Shown here piece after piece: positions 49,301 to 58,282 of a DNA stretch of 64,000 nt. The notes beneath the pieces are model-generated. The model was not told the origin of the DNA. It ran no database searches and saw only the letters and a program-made list of their open reading frames with translations. The stretch is from Desulfobacterales bacterium (lineage in GTDB: Bacteria; Desulfobacterota; Desulfobacteria; Desulfobacterales; SpSt-501). The translations under genes and the position numbers were made by a program. Where the stretch lies: positions 8,346 to 72,345 of the forward strand of contig JAWOHH010000139.1 in the NCBI GenBank assembly GCA_046496215.1, given 5' to 3'. Position 1 is the first letter of the stretch. Every line of letters starts with the position of its first letter.

Positions 49301-50172
49301 TGACCCTGCGCGCCGACGCCCGCTTGAGGCTCTCCGGGCCGGTATCCGGTTTGAAGCTGGAGGGCGAGGCGGCGATCACGGATGGGCGCCTCTCGACGCG
49401 ATGGCGGTTCCTCGACAGCTTTCTGAAGCCCGGGAGGCCGGCCTCCGAGAGCGGCCTGCGGCTCTTCTCCATCCAGACCCCCCCCTTTCGCGACATGCAG
49501 TTCCAGGTGCGGGTTTCATCCCGCGCCCCCTTCCAGGTGCGCACCAACGTGGCCCGCGGCGAGGTCCGGCCCGAGCTTCTGCTGGCGGGAACCGGCGAGG
49601 TCCCGATTCTGACCGGGGTGGTTTACGTCGACCCCGGCCGGCTGTCCCTGCCCTCCACCCACCTGAGGATCGACTCCGGCCTGATTCGCTTCCGCGAGGC
49701 GGAGCCCGAGCGGCCGGTGGTCGACCTGGTGGGCTCCGGGCGGGTCTACGGCTACGACATCACCCTGCGGGTCGAGGGGCCCTACGACGCCCCGGAAATC
49801 TTTCTGGCCTCTGTCCCACCCCTGGCCCACGAGGAGCTGCTCTTGATGCTCCTGACCGGGCAGCCCCCCCGGGACGCCGCGGGCATGACCGAAAGCCAGC
49901 AAGCCGGCATGAAGGTGGCGGTCTTCGTGGGGCGCGACGTCCTCACCCGCTGGCTGGAATCCGCCCTTCCCGAGTCCGACGAATCCCTCTTCGACCGGCT
50001 GGAGGTGGAGGTGGGCAAATCCCTGAGCCGCACCGGGCAGCAGACCGTCGATGCCCAATTCCGCCTCGCGGAGGGGTTCATCCGCAGGGGCGACACGCTC
50101 TACCTGACGGGGGAGAGGGACGTCTTCGATTCCTATAACGCCGGAGTGAGGCTGGTTTTTCGATTCAAATGA
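46348..50172 (+). CDS. tamB: Translocation/assembly module TamB (AsmA-like)
   Basis: 1274 aa, N-terminal anchor, beta-rich body, C-terminal DUF490-like SVPPL..ELLLMLLTG. Confidence 0.85.
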   Translation: MKRLLTWAAIAVALAAGLLAAAYAGRDRLFAARLEALIRETLREETGLEISIGSVSGSYLRDLEIREIRTLRPSPAGPIARLAAQRIRLRYSLPALVGGLNEFISATTVDAESLYLDIDLDQWEAAGRPAPAGSDAGAGLPAALPALRLHEATIVLRSQDVRVRCEGGSLEVLPAAGQRITLALSVPRIEAGRRLHPDDEIERALAGELHLQANSSWPPKGLESASGRMSLRFSGRSWPDGQPVHAEVAAALNHGRLWIDRFDLAAARSRAVVTQAEIPWSAIAAGEAWPLLQAASGAFSLFTDDLPRLLAAAGVTTASGMHPAPDHHLALEGRLDAGALTVSQADFVSDGATIRLERLETRLDPDTSASPLAAALTVDAPDLSSISSIFNGPPIEGSLQARVVLSGTLGSPQGRTDLTARRVAIGRSPVAEVRLSATAGQQQVEIGSCEVTSGDDRLSLRGRYDITAHALGAVKLELTASDIAPYLAAFGATPPALSGRTVLNAEGSGPLMQPDFKLEGYLERARLGEADVTGTRIRATGAGGRIRVETIESLTPIGNLRLAGTVVPDTTAGAFAATLERLDIQGDLSLTLTRPAFLRYTPPGTLTIADFEAAGPQGGLAAQGTLSLKGISDLSLRLSEVSGRGWLAKRVGAPIRLAGLNATLRAAGRLGSPDISAVGSIQELGMENTAGFGTARFDLAYSGDRLRIQNLTLAGAEGETLHITGVLPVDPAASPALGPGPLTLKADLRIPDQERMRALIPAWPFVSGSMGAELAVSGTWQAPAARLQWTGRHLAPSDAYVLPPGPYEARGEASLQDRRLKIESLTLSGSAAALEARGELSDVPRWPDLLAGQAGEHRGRVSLTAALRIADLGWASRALEGVRRTAGQIEADIVLEGPLEDPRLTADIRLMGGEVRPEAGLPPLHRLELTAALRDRRLAIHSLQGELGGAPFEITGALQTDRISGQQADFELKGDNLLLFRSETVTLRADARLRLSGPVSGLKLEGEAAITDGRLSTRWRFLDSFLKPGRPASESGLRLFSIQTPPFRDMQFQVRVSSRAPFQVRTNVARGEVRPELLLAGTGEVPILTGVVYVDPGRLSLPSTHLRIDSGLIRFREAEPERPVVDLVGSGRVYGYDITLRVEGPYDAPEIFLASVPPLAHEELLLMLLTGQPPRDAAGMTESQQAGMKVAVFVGRDVLTRWLESALPESDESLFDRLEVEVGKSLSRTGQQTVDAQFRLAEGFIRRGDTLYLTGERDVFDSYNAGVRLVFRFK

Positions 50173-50204
50173 AGGCACCGACGCGGCCATCCCGAAAGGA
50201 GCGA

Positions 50205-52337
50205 ATGCCCCAGGCCCTGCACCGTGCCCGCCGCCTGGCGGCGGCATGGATCGGCCTCGCCGTGCTTCTCCTGCCGCCGCCGGACGCGGCACACGCGCAG
50301 TCGGGGCAGACGCCCAAGCCCGTTGAGATCCGCTTCGAAGGCCGGCGCGAGCTGGGGGAGCAGGTCCTGCGCAAGGCCGCCGCGGAGGAGCTAAGCGCCG
50401 TAACCCAGCGGGGCGGACGCCGTGCCGACATCGACGATGCCGCCTATCGGATGGAGCTCGCCTACCGGCAGACCGGTTTTGCCTTTGCCGGGGTCGACTA
50501 TCACGTTGAGGAGCACCCGGAAAAAATCGTGGCGACATTTCGGATCGCCGAAGGCCCCCGAGTGGTCCTGGACAAAATCGAACTGGCCGGCCACTCGGCC
50601 TTCGGCGGCAGCGACTTGCGGTCTTTTTTCGAAAAGGAGAGACGGGGGCTGTTGGACACCGGCAAGCCGGTGTTCATCGAGGCGGACGTCAAGGCCGCCG
50701 CGGCGGGGATCGCCGACTTCTACCGGGAGCAGGGGTATCTCGACATCGCCGTCGATCCGCCCGAGGTTAGTTTCTCGGAGGATCGCACCCGCGCCGCGGT
50801 GCGGGTCGCGCTCCGCGAGGGCCCGCGCTACCTGCTCCGAGAGCTTCGCTTCGAGGGCGACCTGCCGGCGGAAACCCGGGAACCTCTCGCCGCCTTGCGG
50901 CGGGACCTGCTGGGGCAGCCATTCTCCAGCCGGCGAAGGGCTGTGCTGCAAAACCGGATCCGGGAGATCTTTGCCGAGCACGGCCGGCCGGACGCCACCG
51001 TGGAGCTCCTGCAGCCGCCCGTCGGCGCGGACGGGGCGGTCCTCCTGACGGCGGTCGTCCACGGCGGCGAGGCCGTTACGATCCGTGGCATTTCGGTCGG
51101 CGGCAACGAGAGGACCCGCCAGGGTTTCATCTTGGACCGCATCCCTTTCCGGCCGGGAGAACCCTACAGCCTTCAAAAAGAGCGCGAGGCCTTTCGGGCC
51201 CTGTATCGCACCGGAATTTTCACCGCCGTAACGGTGGGGCTTTCCGAGGAGCCGGGACCGGAGAGAACGCTGGCCGTAGAGGTGGTCGAAGCGCCCTCCC
51301 GGGAGGTCTTCATCGAGCCCGGCTGGGGGTCCTACGAGTTGCTGCGGCTGAAGATCGGACTCCGCGAGAGAAACCTGCTGGGCACCGGGATGAATTTTGG
51401 CACCGAGGCCAAGGCCTCCCTCAAGGATCAAGGGGTGAGCGCCAGCCTGACGGACCCCTGGTTCTTGAACACGGAGACGACCGCCAGCCTTACGGGCTAT
51501 TTCACGCACCGTGCCGAGCCCTCCTTCACCCAGCAGGAACTGGGGGGTTCGCTGTTTTTCAGCCGCAAATTCGCGGAGCATCTGACCGCGACCGCCGGCT
51601 ATCAGCTGCGAACCGTCGCCCTGTCCCAGGTCGATGCGCAGGAGATTTCCGAGTCCTCCGACCGGGATTACGATCTCGCGAGCGTCAAGGCCCTGGCCGT
51701 CTACGACAGCCGGGACAATCTCTTCTTCCCGGCCCGCGGCCAGAGGAGCAGCCTCACGGTCGAACACGCCGACAGCGCCCTCGGCGGAGACATCGGCTTC
51801 ACGCGCTTCACCGCCGGCGCGCGCACCTTCTTCCAGCTCTCCCCTTCCACGGTTCTCGGGCTGCGCTACGACACGGGGCTGATCCTGCCGGCGGCCGGCG
51901 AGGTCGGCGTGCCGGTTTCGGAGCGTTTCTTCAACGGCGGGGAGAACACGGTGCGAAGCTTCGCGCAATCCCGGCTCGGCCCGGTGGACGATTCGGGAAA
52001 GCCGACCGGCGGACTGGCCTACAATGTGCTGAACATCGAGCTGCGCCAGCGCATCGTCGGCAATTTGATCGGGACCCTCTTCCTGGACCTCGGCAATGTC
52101 GCGCCCAACCGCGCCCCCTCGGAGCGGGATCGACCGGCCTACGACAGCCGCTCCCAAATCCTCTCCGACACGTTTTCCGATTACTTCAAAGACTTCCGGC
52201 CGGGGGTCGGGTTCGGGCTCCAATACCTGCTGCCGGTCGGGCCGGCGAGGCTGGACCTGGCCTTCAACCCCGACCGGGATCCCCGGCGGGATGAAGACCG
52301 CTTCGCGGTTCACTTCAGCGTGGGCATGGCGTTCTGA
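50205..52337 (+). CDS. tamA: Omp85/TamA-family outer membrane protein
   Basis: POTRA-like repeats, ERFFNGGENTVRSF, PVGPARLD, C-terminal SVGMAF; alternative start at 50169. Confidence 0.85.
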   Translation: MPQALHRARRLAAAWIGLAVLLLPPPDAAHAQSGQTPKPVEIRFEGRRELGEQVLRKAAAEELSAVTQRGGRRADIDDAAYRMELAYRQTGFAFAGVDYHVEEHPEKIVATFRIAEGPRVVLDKIELAGHSAFGGSDLRSFFEKERRGLLDTGKPVFIEADVKAAAAGIADFYREQGYLDIAVDPPEVSFSEDRTRAAVRVALREGPRYLLRELRFEGDLPAETREPLAALRRDLLGQPFSSRRRAVLQNRIREIFAEHGRPDATVELLQPPVGADGAVLLTAVVHGGEAVTIRGISVGGNERTRQGFILDRIPFRPGEPYSLQKEREAFRALYRTGIFTAVTVGLSEEPGPERTLAVEVVEAPSREVFIEPGWGSYELLRLKIGLRERNLLGTGMNFGTEAKASLKDQGVSASLTDPWFLNTETTASLTGYFTHRAEPSFTQQELGGSLFFSRKFAEHLTATAGYQLRTVALSQVDAQEISESSDRDYDLASVKALAVYDSRDNLFFPARGQRSSLTVEHADSALGGDIGFTRFTAGARTFFQLSPSTVLGLRYDTGLILPAAGEVGVPVSERFFNGGENTVRSFAQSRLGPVDDSGKPTGGLAYNVLNIELRQRIVGNLIGTLFLDLGNVAPNRAPSERDRPAYDSRSQILSDTFSDYFKDFRPGVGFGLQYLLPVGPARLDLAFNPDRDPRRDEDRFAVHFSVGMAF

Positions 52338-52362
52338 ATCCTATCCCGAAGGCGGGTGAGAG

Positions 52363-52755
52363 TCAGGCGTCGGAAGCCGCGGGCGTGTCTTTTTCCAGGC
52401 CCGTACCCTTGGCGCGCTTCTTCAACTCGCCCTGCATCCGGACAATGACCCGTTGGGTCGTCGGCTGACGGTAGAGGGTTTTCTGGTAGAGGCTTTTCGC
52501 CGGGCAGATCTCCACGCAGACCCCGCAATAAACGCAGGCGAAGGGGTCGTAGGTCCACACGGCCGCCTTGCGGTCCACCGCGATGCACTGCGAGGGGCAT
52601 TTCACCTCGCAGGTGCCGCAGAACACGCAGCGCTGGATATCGTTCAAGAGCTCGCCGCGCACCTGGCCGAAGGTCTCCCGCACGTCGTGCGGGTAGCGCC
52701 GGGTCGACTTCCTGAGCGCCAGGTTGCGCAAGATGTTGGGCGTCATCTTGAACAT
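52363..52755 (-). CDS. echF: Ech hydrogenase subunit F (2x[4Fe-4S])
   Basis: TRRYP; CVFCGTCEVKCP; CVYCGVCVEICP. Confidence 0.9.
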   Translation of the reverse strand: MFKMTPNILRNLALRKSTRRYPHDVRETFGQVRGELLNDIQRCVFCGTCEVKCPSQCIAVDRKAAVWTYDPFACVYCGVCVEICPAKSLYQKTLYRQPTTQRVIVRMQGELKKRAKGTGLEKDTPAASDA

Positions 52756-52774
52756 GAGTCAAATCCTCCCATCG

Positions 52775-53071
52775 GATGGATTCGCTTGCGGCCCGGGCGC
52801 AAGGCCGAAATCGGGCCTCCAGCACATTTTCTCTCGATGACGTCGCCCGAGGCCTAAGATCCAGGCGCGCGGCGCTTCCGCCGAGCGCGGGGCGACGTCC
52901 CGCCTGTGGCGAGACCGAGTTTGGGCCTCCGGCGCATTTTCTCTCGATGACGTCGCCCGAGGTCCGAGTTCAAGGCGCGGCTTGTTCCCGCCGAAGGAGG
53001 CGTACTCCCTGTACGCCGACTGAGCGCGGGACAAGCCGCAACGCAGAAATCGGGCCTCCGGCGAAGTCATC
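52775..53071. repeat. Tandem array of three copies (one full, two eroded) of the palindromic element
   Basis: Full copy 52946-53071 (GATGACGTCGCC..GGCGAAGTCATC); a 40-bp junction repeats at 52813 and 52923 (period 110). Confidence 0.85.
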
Positions 53072-54149
53072 TCTCGGTACAGCTGATGCACGGGTCGATG
53101 GACAGCGTCACCACCGGCACGTCGGACAGATACACCCCAGGCAGCATGGCCAGCAGCGGCGGGATGTTGGCGAAGGTCGGGGTGCGGATCCGCACGCGGT
53201 CCAGGTTTTTTTCGCCGGACCCCTTGATGTAGTACACCAGCTCGCCGCGCGGCTGCTCCACCCGGACAATGGTTTCGCCGAGGGGGGGCTTGGTGCCTTT
53301 CACCTTGGCCCTGACTTCGCCCGCGGGCAGCTTGTCGACGGCCCGGCGGATCAGCTCGATGCTGGAAAAGACCTCGCGGAACCGCACATTGGCGCGGGCA
53401 TAACAGTCACCGCCGCTTTCAACGACCGGCTCGAAGTAAAGTTCCCCGTAGGCTGCATAGCCGGTCTGGCGCGTATCCTGGGCCACGCCGCTGCCGCGCG
53501 ACGTTGGGCCGACGGCGCCCAGTTCGTAGGCCTGTGCGCGGGTGAGAACCCCCTTGCCCACCGTGCGCTTCTTCACGGTGTAATCGTCCTTCAAGGTGGC
53601 TTCCAGGCGCTTGACCTCATCCTCCACCCACTCCAACTGCCCCAGCATCCAACGCAACTGCTCGGGATCCAGATCGCGGCGCACCCCGCCGATGACGTTG
53701 ACCGAGACGATCACGCGGTTGCCGGTCGTGGCCTCGCTGATGTCCATGATTTTCTCGCGGATTCGCCAGAACTGCATGAAGAGGCTCTCGAAACCGAAGC
53801 TGTCGGCGAAGAGCCCCAGCCACAGGAGGTGGCTCTGGATGCGGTGGACCTCGGACCAGACCACCCTCAGGAACTGAGCCCGCGGCGGGGCCTCGACCGC
53901 CATCAGTTCCTCAACCCCCATGCAATAGCAGTGCGCGTGAATCATCGAGCAGATCCCGCACACCCGCTCAACGACCTGGATCATCTGATGGAAATCGCGC
54001 ACATCGGCCAGCCTCTCCAGCCCTCGGTGGACGTAGCCGAGATTGGGGATCGCCTCGATGATGCGCTCGTCGACGACGGTCAGTTTCAGATGGATGGGCT
54101 CGGGCAGCACGGGGTGCTGAGGGCCGAAGGGGATGACGGTGTTTCGCAT
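53067..54149 (-). CDS. echE: Ech [NiFe] hydrogenase large subunit
   Basis: PFGPQHP, GYVHRG, L1 RVCGIC, L2 DPCISCTER with no C-terminal extension. Confidence 0.95.
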   Translation of the reverse strand: MRNTVIPFGPQHPVLPEPIHLKLTVVDERIIEAIPNLGYVHRGLERLADVRDFHQMIQVVERVCGICSMIHAHCYCMGVEELMAVEAPPRAQFLRVVWSEVHRIQSHLLWLGLFADSFGFESLFMQFWRIREKIMDISEATTGNRVIVSVNVIGGVRRDLDPEQLRWMLGQLEWVEDEVKRLEATLKDDYTVKKRTVGKGVLTRAQAYELGAVGPTSRGSGVAQDTRQTGYAAYGELYFEPVVESGGDCYARANVRFREVFSSIELIRRAVDKLPAGEVRAKVKGTKPPLGETIVRVEQPRGELVYYIKGSGEKNLDRVRIRTPTFANIPPLLAMLPGVYLSDVPVVTLSIDPCISCTER

Positions 54150-54192
54150 GGGGTTTCTCATGTCTGTGTGAAACGCGGCCGGCGCGCGCGGC

Positions 54193-54627
54193 CTATTCCG
54201 GCCGGGGCCCGGACGGCGCGTCCGCCAGCTCCGCCGCTGGGGCCGCGACAGCCGGTTCGGGCGCCTCCAGTTGCCGGACGCTGAAGCGGCAGAAAGGGGT
54301 TTGGAGCGCCTCTTCCTCCAGGTACAATGTCCCCTGGTAATCCACCACCAGGCCCTGAAAACGGATGCCGAACAAGTCCTGTATCTCGTTTTCGATCAAG
54401 AGCGCCGCAAAGTACACGGGCGAGATGCTCGGCACGCGCTCGGTCTTCGCCACCGCCAGGCGCAGGTGCGTGAGCGCCAGGTCCTTGTCGAAGTGGTAGA
54501 GAAGATCGAGGGTGTTTGGGTCGATTTCGGTGCAGGAGAGGGTGACTAAACGATAGCCTTGGATCTTGAGCTTGGCCACCTCCCCCACCAGGTTTTCCCC
54601 GCAGACGGGTGTGATCGTCTCGCGCAT
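54193..54627 (-). CDS. echD: Ech hydrogenase subunit D (NuoC-like)
   Basis: LLYHFD, PSISPVY..A..IENEIQDLFG. Confidence 0.9.
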   Translation of the reverse strand: MRETITPVCGENLVGEVAKLKIQGYRLVTLSCTEIDPNTLDLLYHFDKDLALTHLRLAVAKTERVPSISPVYFAALLIENEIQDLFGIRFQGLVVDYQGTLYLEEEALQTPFCRFSVRQLEAPEPAVAAPAAELADAPSGPRPE

Positions 54628-54631
54628 GGCG

Positions 54632-55084
54632 CTATGCCTCTCTCCGCAGGCCGAGGTTCTTGAGTTTTTCCAGCGCCGCCACGGCCCCGTCGATGATCGC
54701 CTCGGGCTTGGGCGGGCAGCCCGGCACGTAGACGTCCACCGGCAGCACCTTGTCGATCCCGCCGACCACGTTGTAGGCGTCGCGAAAGATGCCCCCCGAC
54801 AAGCCGCAGGCGCCGATGGCCACGACCCCCTTCGGGCCGGGCATCTGCGAATACAGGTTGGCCAGAACCTTTCGGTTGCGGGGGTTGACGGTACCGCTCA
54901 CGAGCAGGAGGTCGGCGTGAAAGGGGTTGCCGACGTTGACGATGCCGAAGCGCTCGATGTCGTAGACCGGCGTCAGGCAGGCAAGAATCTCGATGTCGCA
55001 GCCGTTGCAGCTGCCGCAATCGAAGTGCAGCAGCCACGGGGACCTGACCCGCATCCGATTGATGAAGCGCTTGATCGCTTCCAT
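54632..55084 (-). CDS. echC: Ech hydrogenase small subunit
   Basis: SPW..CGSCNGCDIE, GAC..SGG, PGCPPKPE. Confidence 0.93.
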   Translation of the reverse strand: MEAIKRFINRMRVRSPWLLHFDCGSCNGCDIEILACLTPVYDIERFGIVNVGNPFHADLLLVSGTVNPRNRKVLANLYSQMPGPKGVVAIGACGLSGGIFRDAYNVVGGIDKVLPVDVYVPGCPPKPEAIIDGAVAALEKLKNLGLRREA

Positions 55085-55121
55085 TCTGTAGGTCCTGGAT
55101 ATGTTGTCCTTAACCCGACGC

Positions 55122-55250
55122 GGATGACTTTGCCCGAAGCCCAAGTTCAAGGCGCGCGAGCCTCCGCTGAGCGAGGCGTACTTCTCGGTACGCCGCAGCG
55201 AAAGCGGAGCGACGCACAACGATGGAATTGGGTTTCCGGCAAAGTCATCC
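55122..55250. repeat. Palindromic intergenic element (MITE-like), 129 bp
   Basis: 13-bp terminal inverted repeat GGATGACTTTGCC/GGCAAAGTCATCC; central GGCGTAC..GTACGCC; contains the echB stop codon. Confidence 0.9.
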
Positions 55251-56099
55251 TCCCTGGGTGAGCCAGATGAGGTTCACCACCGAGAGCGTCAAACCCACCC
55301 CCCAGACGTAGCTCAACATCCAGCGCCAACTCATCCGCGAGGTGATATTGTCCACCAGGACCTCCAGAAAATAGGTGGCTGCGAGCAGGACCCCCATCCC
55401 GACCCAACTCGTGCTCCAGAACAGGGTGCACAGCCCCAGCAGCAGCACCACCTCGAACCAGTGCCCGACCTCGGTCAGGGCCAGAAACGGCCCGGAGTAG
55501 TCGGTCAGAAGCCCCTTGACGATCTCCTGGTGCCCGTGGTGGCAGGTGGAGAGGTCGAAGGGGGATTTGCGCAGCTTGATGGTCAGCGCATACCCCAGCA
55601 CGACGAACAGGAAGGGCAGCCTGGGCAGCAGCGGATCGGGCCAGTGGGTGATCTGGGATAGTTTGAAACTGCCGGTCTCGATGTAGATTCCCACCACCAC
55701 CAAAACCAGCAGCGGCTCGTAGGAGAGAATCTGCAGCAGCTCCCGGTGGGCCCCTATCTGGCTGAAGGGCGAGGTGGAGGAGAGCGCGCCCACCACCAGC
55801 ATGACGGCCCCGACGGCCTGTACGAAGAGGATCAGCAGCAGGTCGGACTGCAGGAAGAAGAGCACCACGGCGATGGACGAGGCGACCACGTAGACCCAGG
55901 CGCAGAACACCTGCCAGACGTTGACCACCAACGGCTCTTTACCGAAGAGCTTGATGACGTCGTAGAAGGGCTGCAGCGGCGGCGGACCGATGCGGGACTG
56001 CATGCGTGCGGTCAGAATGCGGTCCACACCGCTCACGAGCCCGCCGAGGATCGGGCCGATGATCAGGCCGCAGGCGATCAGGATGGCGGTCCGCGTCAC
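55245..56099 (-). CDS. echB: Ech hydrogenase subunit B (NuoH-like)
   Basis: DRILTARMQSRIGPP..QPFYD, SYEP, KSPFD, HQE. Confidence 0.92.
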   Translation of the reverse strand: MTRTAILIACGLIIGPILGGLVSGVDRILTARMQSRIGPPPLQPFYDVIKLFGKEPLVVNVWQVFCAWVYVVASSIAVVLFFLQSDLLLILFVQAVGAVMLVVGALSSTSPFSQIGAHRELLQILSYEPLLVLVVVGIYIETGSFKLSQITHWPDPLLPRLPFLFVVLGYALTIKLRKSPFDLSTCHHGHQEIVKGLLTDYSGPFLALTEVGHWFEVVLLLGLCTLFWSTSWVGMGVLLAATYFLEVLVDNITSRMSWRWMLSYVWGVGLTLSVVNLIWLTQGG

Positions 56100-58018
56100 A
56101 GGGCACCTCCGATGATCAGGGTAAGCAGGATGCCTGCGCCCAGGTTGAGCCAATCGCTCAGGCGATTCTCACCGAAAATGGAGTCCAGGTAGTAATTTTT
56201 CGCTCCGGCCTTGACCGACTGGTTCATCGGCCCCTTGAACATGCCCGGCTCGTTGGTCTGGATCCCGCTCAGGTAAGCCGGCACGATTTTGGCCCTGAAC
56301 GCCCGCCGAAGGGCGATGAAGGCAACCAGGAGCCCGAACAGGGCCGCCACACACAGCGGCAAGACGGCAAAGCTCCCGGTGGCGTTTTCCAGGATCCCGC
56401 CCGCCGCGGAATAGCTGGGCACGTAGCTTGCGCCCAGGACCGGCACGATCAGGCGCATGTAAAGCCAAGGCGCAACGGCGCTCAGGGCGGCCGCGGCGGC
56501 GCACAAGGGCACCAGGGCCATCCAGGTCAGGGCCGGCTGACGCTCGCGGTGGAAGCGGCCTGCAAAGGGGTCGCTCATCAGAGTGCCGGCCCAGCGCGCC
56601 CAGTACATCACCGTGAGGGCGCTGCCGAGGGCGACCATGATGATGACATAGAGGTTCTTCGCGGCGGCCTGCATGGCCATCCACTTGCTCAGCAGCACGC
56701 CGAAGGGGGGCATGATCATCATGCCCACCCCCGCTACCGCGATCAGTGCCGTGACCGGCATGACGGCGTAGAGCCCGCGCATGTCCTCAATGTCCCGGCT
56801 GGCGATGCGCTGTTCGATCGCCCCCACACTCAGAAACAGCAAGGCTTTGATCACCGCGTGGAACACCAGAAGCAGCATGGCGGCGGTCATGGCCTCGGCC
56901 GTGTCGAGGCCGGCACAGGCAAAGATCAGGCCCAGGTTGCTGATGGTGGAGTAGGCCAGCACTTTCTTGCCGTTGCTCTGGCCGACGGCCAGCGCGGCTC
57001 CGGCCAGAAAGCAAAAAGCGCCGAAAACGGCGATGCTGTGGCTGAGCAGCGTGCCTTCAAACCCCGGCGCCAGGCGCAGCACCATGTAGACGCCCACCTT
57101 GACCATGGTGCTCGAGTGTAGCAGGGCGGAGACCGGAGTGGGCGCCACCATGGCGCCCAGCAGCCAGCTTTGGAACGGGAACTGGGCGGACTTGACGAAG
57201 GAGGCCACGCAGAGCAGCGCCAGGGCCGGCAGGTATACCCCGGGGCCGGCCGACCCGGAGGCTGCCAGGACCTGCTGCAACTCGAGGGTCCCGGTCGCAC
57301 GGTAGGCGGCAACGATCCCGAGGATGAAGGCGGCGCCGCCCAAGCTGTTCATCCACAGCGCCCGCAGGGCGTTTTGGGTCGCGATGGCGGTGCGGTCATG
57401 GCCGATCAGCAGAAACGAGCAGAGTGTGGTCGCCTCGAAGAAAAAATAGATGAACGTGAGGTCGTTGAAAAGAACCAGGCCGTTCATGGCGCCCAGAAAG
57501 ATCAGCATCACGAAGAAAAAGCGCGGCTGGTGCGAATGCGCCAAGCGATAGTGACGCTCGTGCTCCTTCATATAGGGGATGGCCTGGCAGCAGATGATCG
57601 AACCGACGGTGGAGATGATCAGAACCATCATCAACGCGAGCTGGTCGCAGATGATGCGCTGCAAGGCCCGCGCTTCACGGATCAGGAAAAACTCCAGGAC
57701 CAGTAGCATCACCACCTGAAACACCCCCAAGGCGATGATCGCCGCGTGCCGGTGCTTCATCCCGTAAAAGAGAATGACCGCCAGCAGCAGGAAATCCCCC
57801 GCCTGGATGACTCGGTGCAGGTCGATTCCGTAAAGGGACCCGCCGCTCAGCTTGAAAGGGGTTAGCGGGATCAGGAGCAGGGCGGCCAGCGCCAGCACGA
57901 ATCCGGTCGACAGCACGACGGCGGACCGCAGGGCGGGGGGTCTCAGCAAGGCGCACAGCAAAGCGCCGACCATGGGGGCGATCACCAGGAGGGCGACAAG
58001 CACGGTACGGGAGTCCAT
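56096..58018 (-). CDS. echA: Ech hydrogenase subunit A (NuoL/antiporter-like)
   Basis: KSAQFPF..WL..AMVAPTPVSALLHSSTMVK, KKVLAYST. Confidence 0.92.
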   Translation of the reverse strand: MDSRTVLVALLVIAPMVGALLCALLRPPALRSAVVLSTGFVLALAALLLIPLTPFKLSGGSLYGIDLHRVIQAGDFLLLAVILFYGMKHRHAAIIALGVFQVVMLLVLEFFLIREARALQRIICDQLALMMVLIISTVGSIICCQAIPYMKEHERHYRLAHSHQPRFFFVMLIFLGAMNGLVLFNDLTFIYFFFEATTLCSFLLIGHDRTAIATQNALRALWMNSLGGAAFILGIVAAYRATGTLELQQVLAASGSAGPGVYLPALALLCVASFVKSAQFPFQSWLLGAMVAPTPVSALLHSSTMVKVGVYMVLRLAPGFEGTLLSHSIAVFGAFCFLAGAALAVGQSNGKKVLAYSTISNLGLIFACAGLDTAEAMTAAMLLLVFHAVIKALLFLSVGAIEQRIASRDIEDMRGLYAVMPVTALIAVAGVGMMIMPPFGVLLSKWMAMQAAAKNLYVIIMVALGSALTVMYWARWAGTLMSDPFAGRFHRERQPALTWMALVPLCAAAAALSAVAPWLYMRLIVPVLGASYVPSYSAAGGILENATGSFAVLPLCVAALFGLLVAFIALRRAFRAKIVPAYLSGIQTNEPGMFKGPMNQSVKAGAKNYYLDSIFGENRLSDWLNLGAGILLTLIIGGAL

Positions 58019-58092
58019 GGCGCCAAGCCTTTCCCTGTGCGGGAAGTCACCTCGAGGGAGCCGACATTCGTTTGCGGCTTGACGTCATAACC

Positions 58093-58109
58093 AGCAAGGC
58101 TTGTGCCAA
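58093..58109 (-). promoter_or_regulatory. sigma54 (-24/-12) promoter of the ech operon
   Basis: Minus strand TTGGCACAAGCCTTGCT about 75 bp upstream of echA. Confidence 0.8.
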
Positions 58110-58282
58110 TTCTCACACCTGGCCGGAAGACTCACAGCCGGCGATTTTAGGGCCAACGCTTGGATTTACGATTGATGCAACCGAGGAGGGGTGTCAGGAT
58201 TTTTTTCAACCTGAAAAGGCCGGATGGGCGGCAGCCTGATGGAGGAGTCAGGAACCAGGCGGTGCGTGCGGGTCGATTGCGA

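Noticed and set aside
52813-52962. 40-bp direct repeats with a 110-bp period as a CRISPR array
   Set aside because: Only two copies, the intervening sequences are homologous hairpin bodies, and there are no cas genes.
52363-58018. Complex I fragment or NiFe-less Ehr complex
   Set aside because: The large subunit keeps both CxxC nickel-binding motifs.
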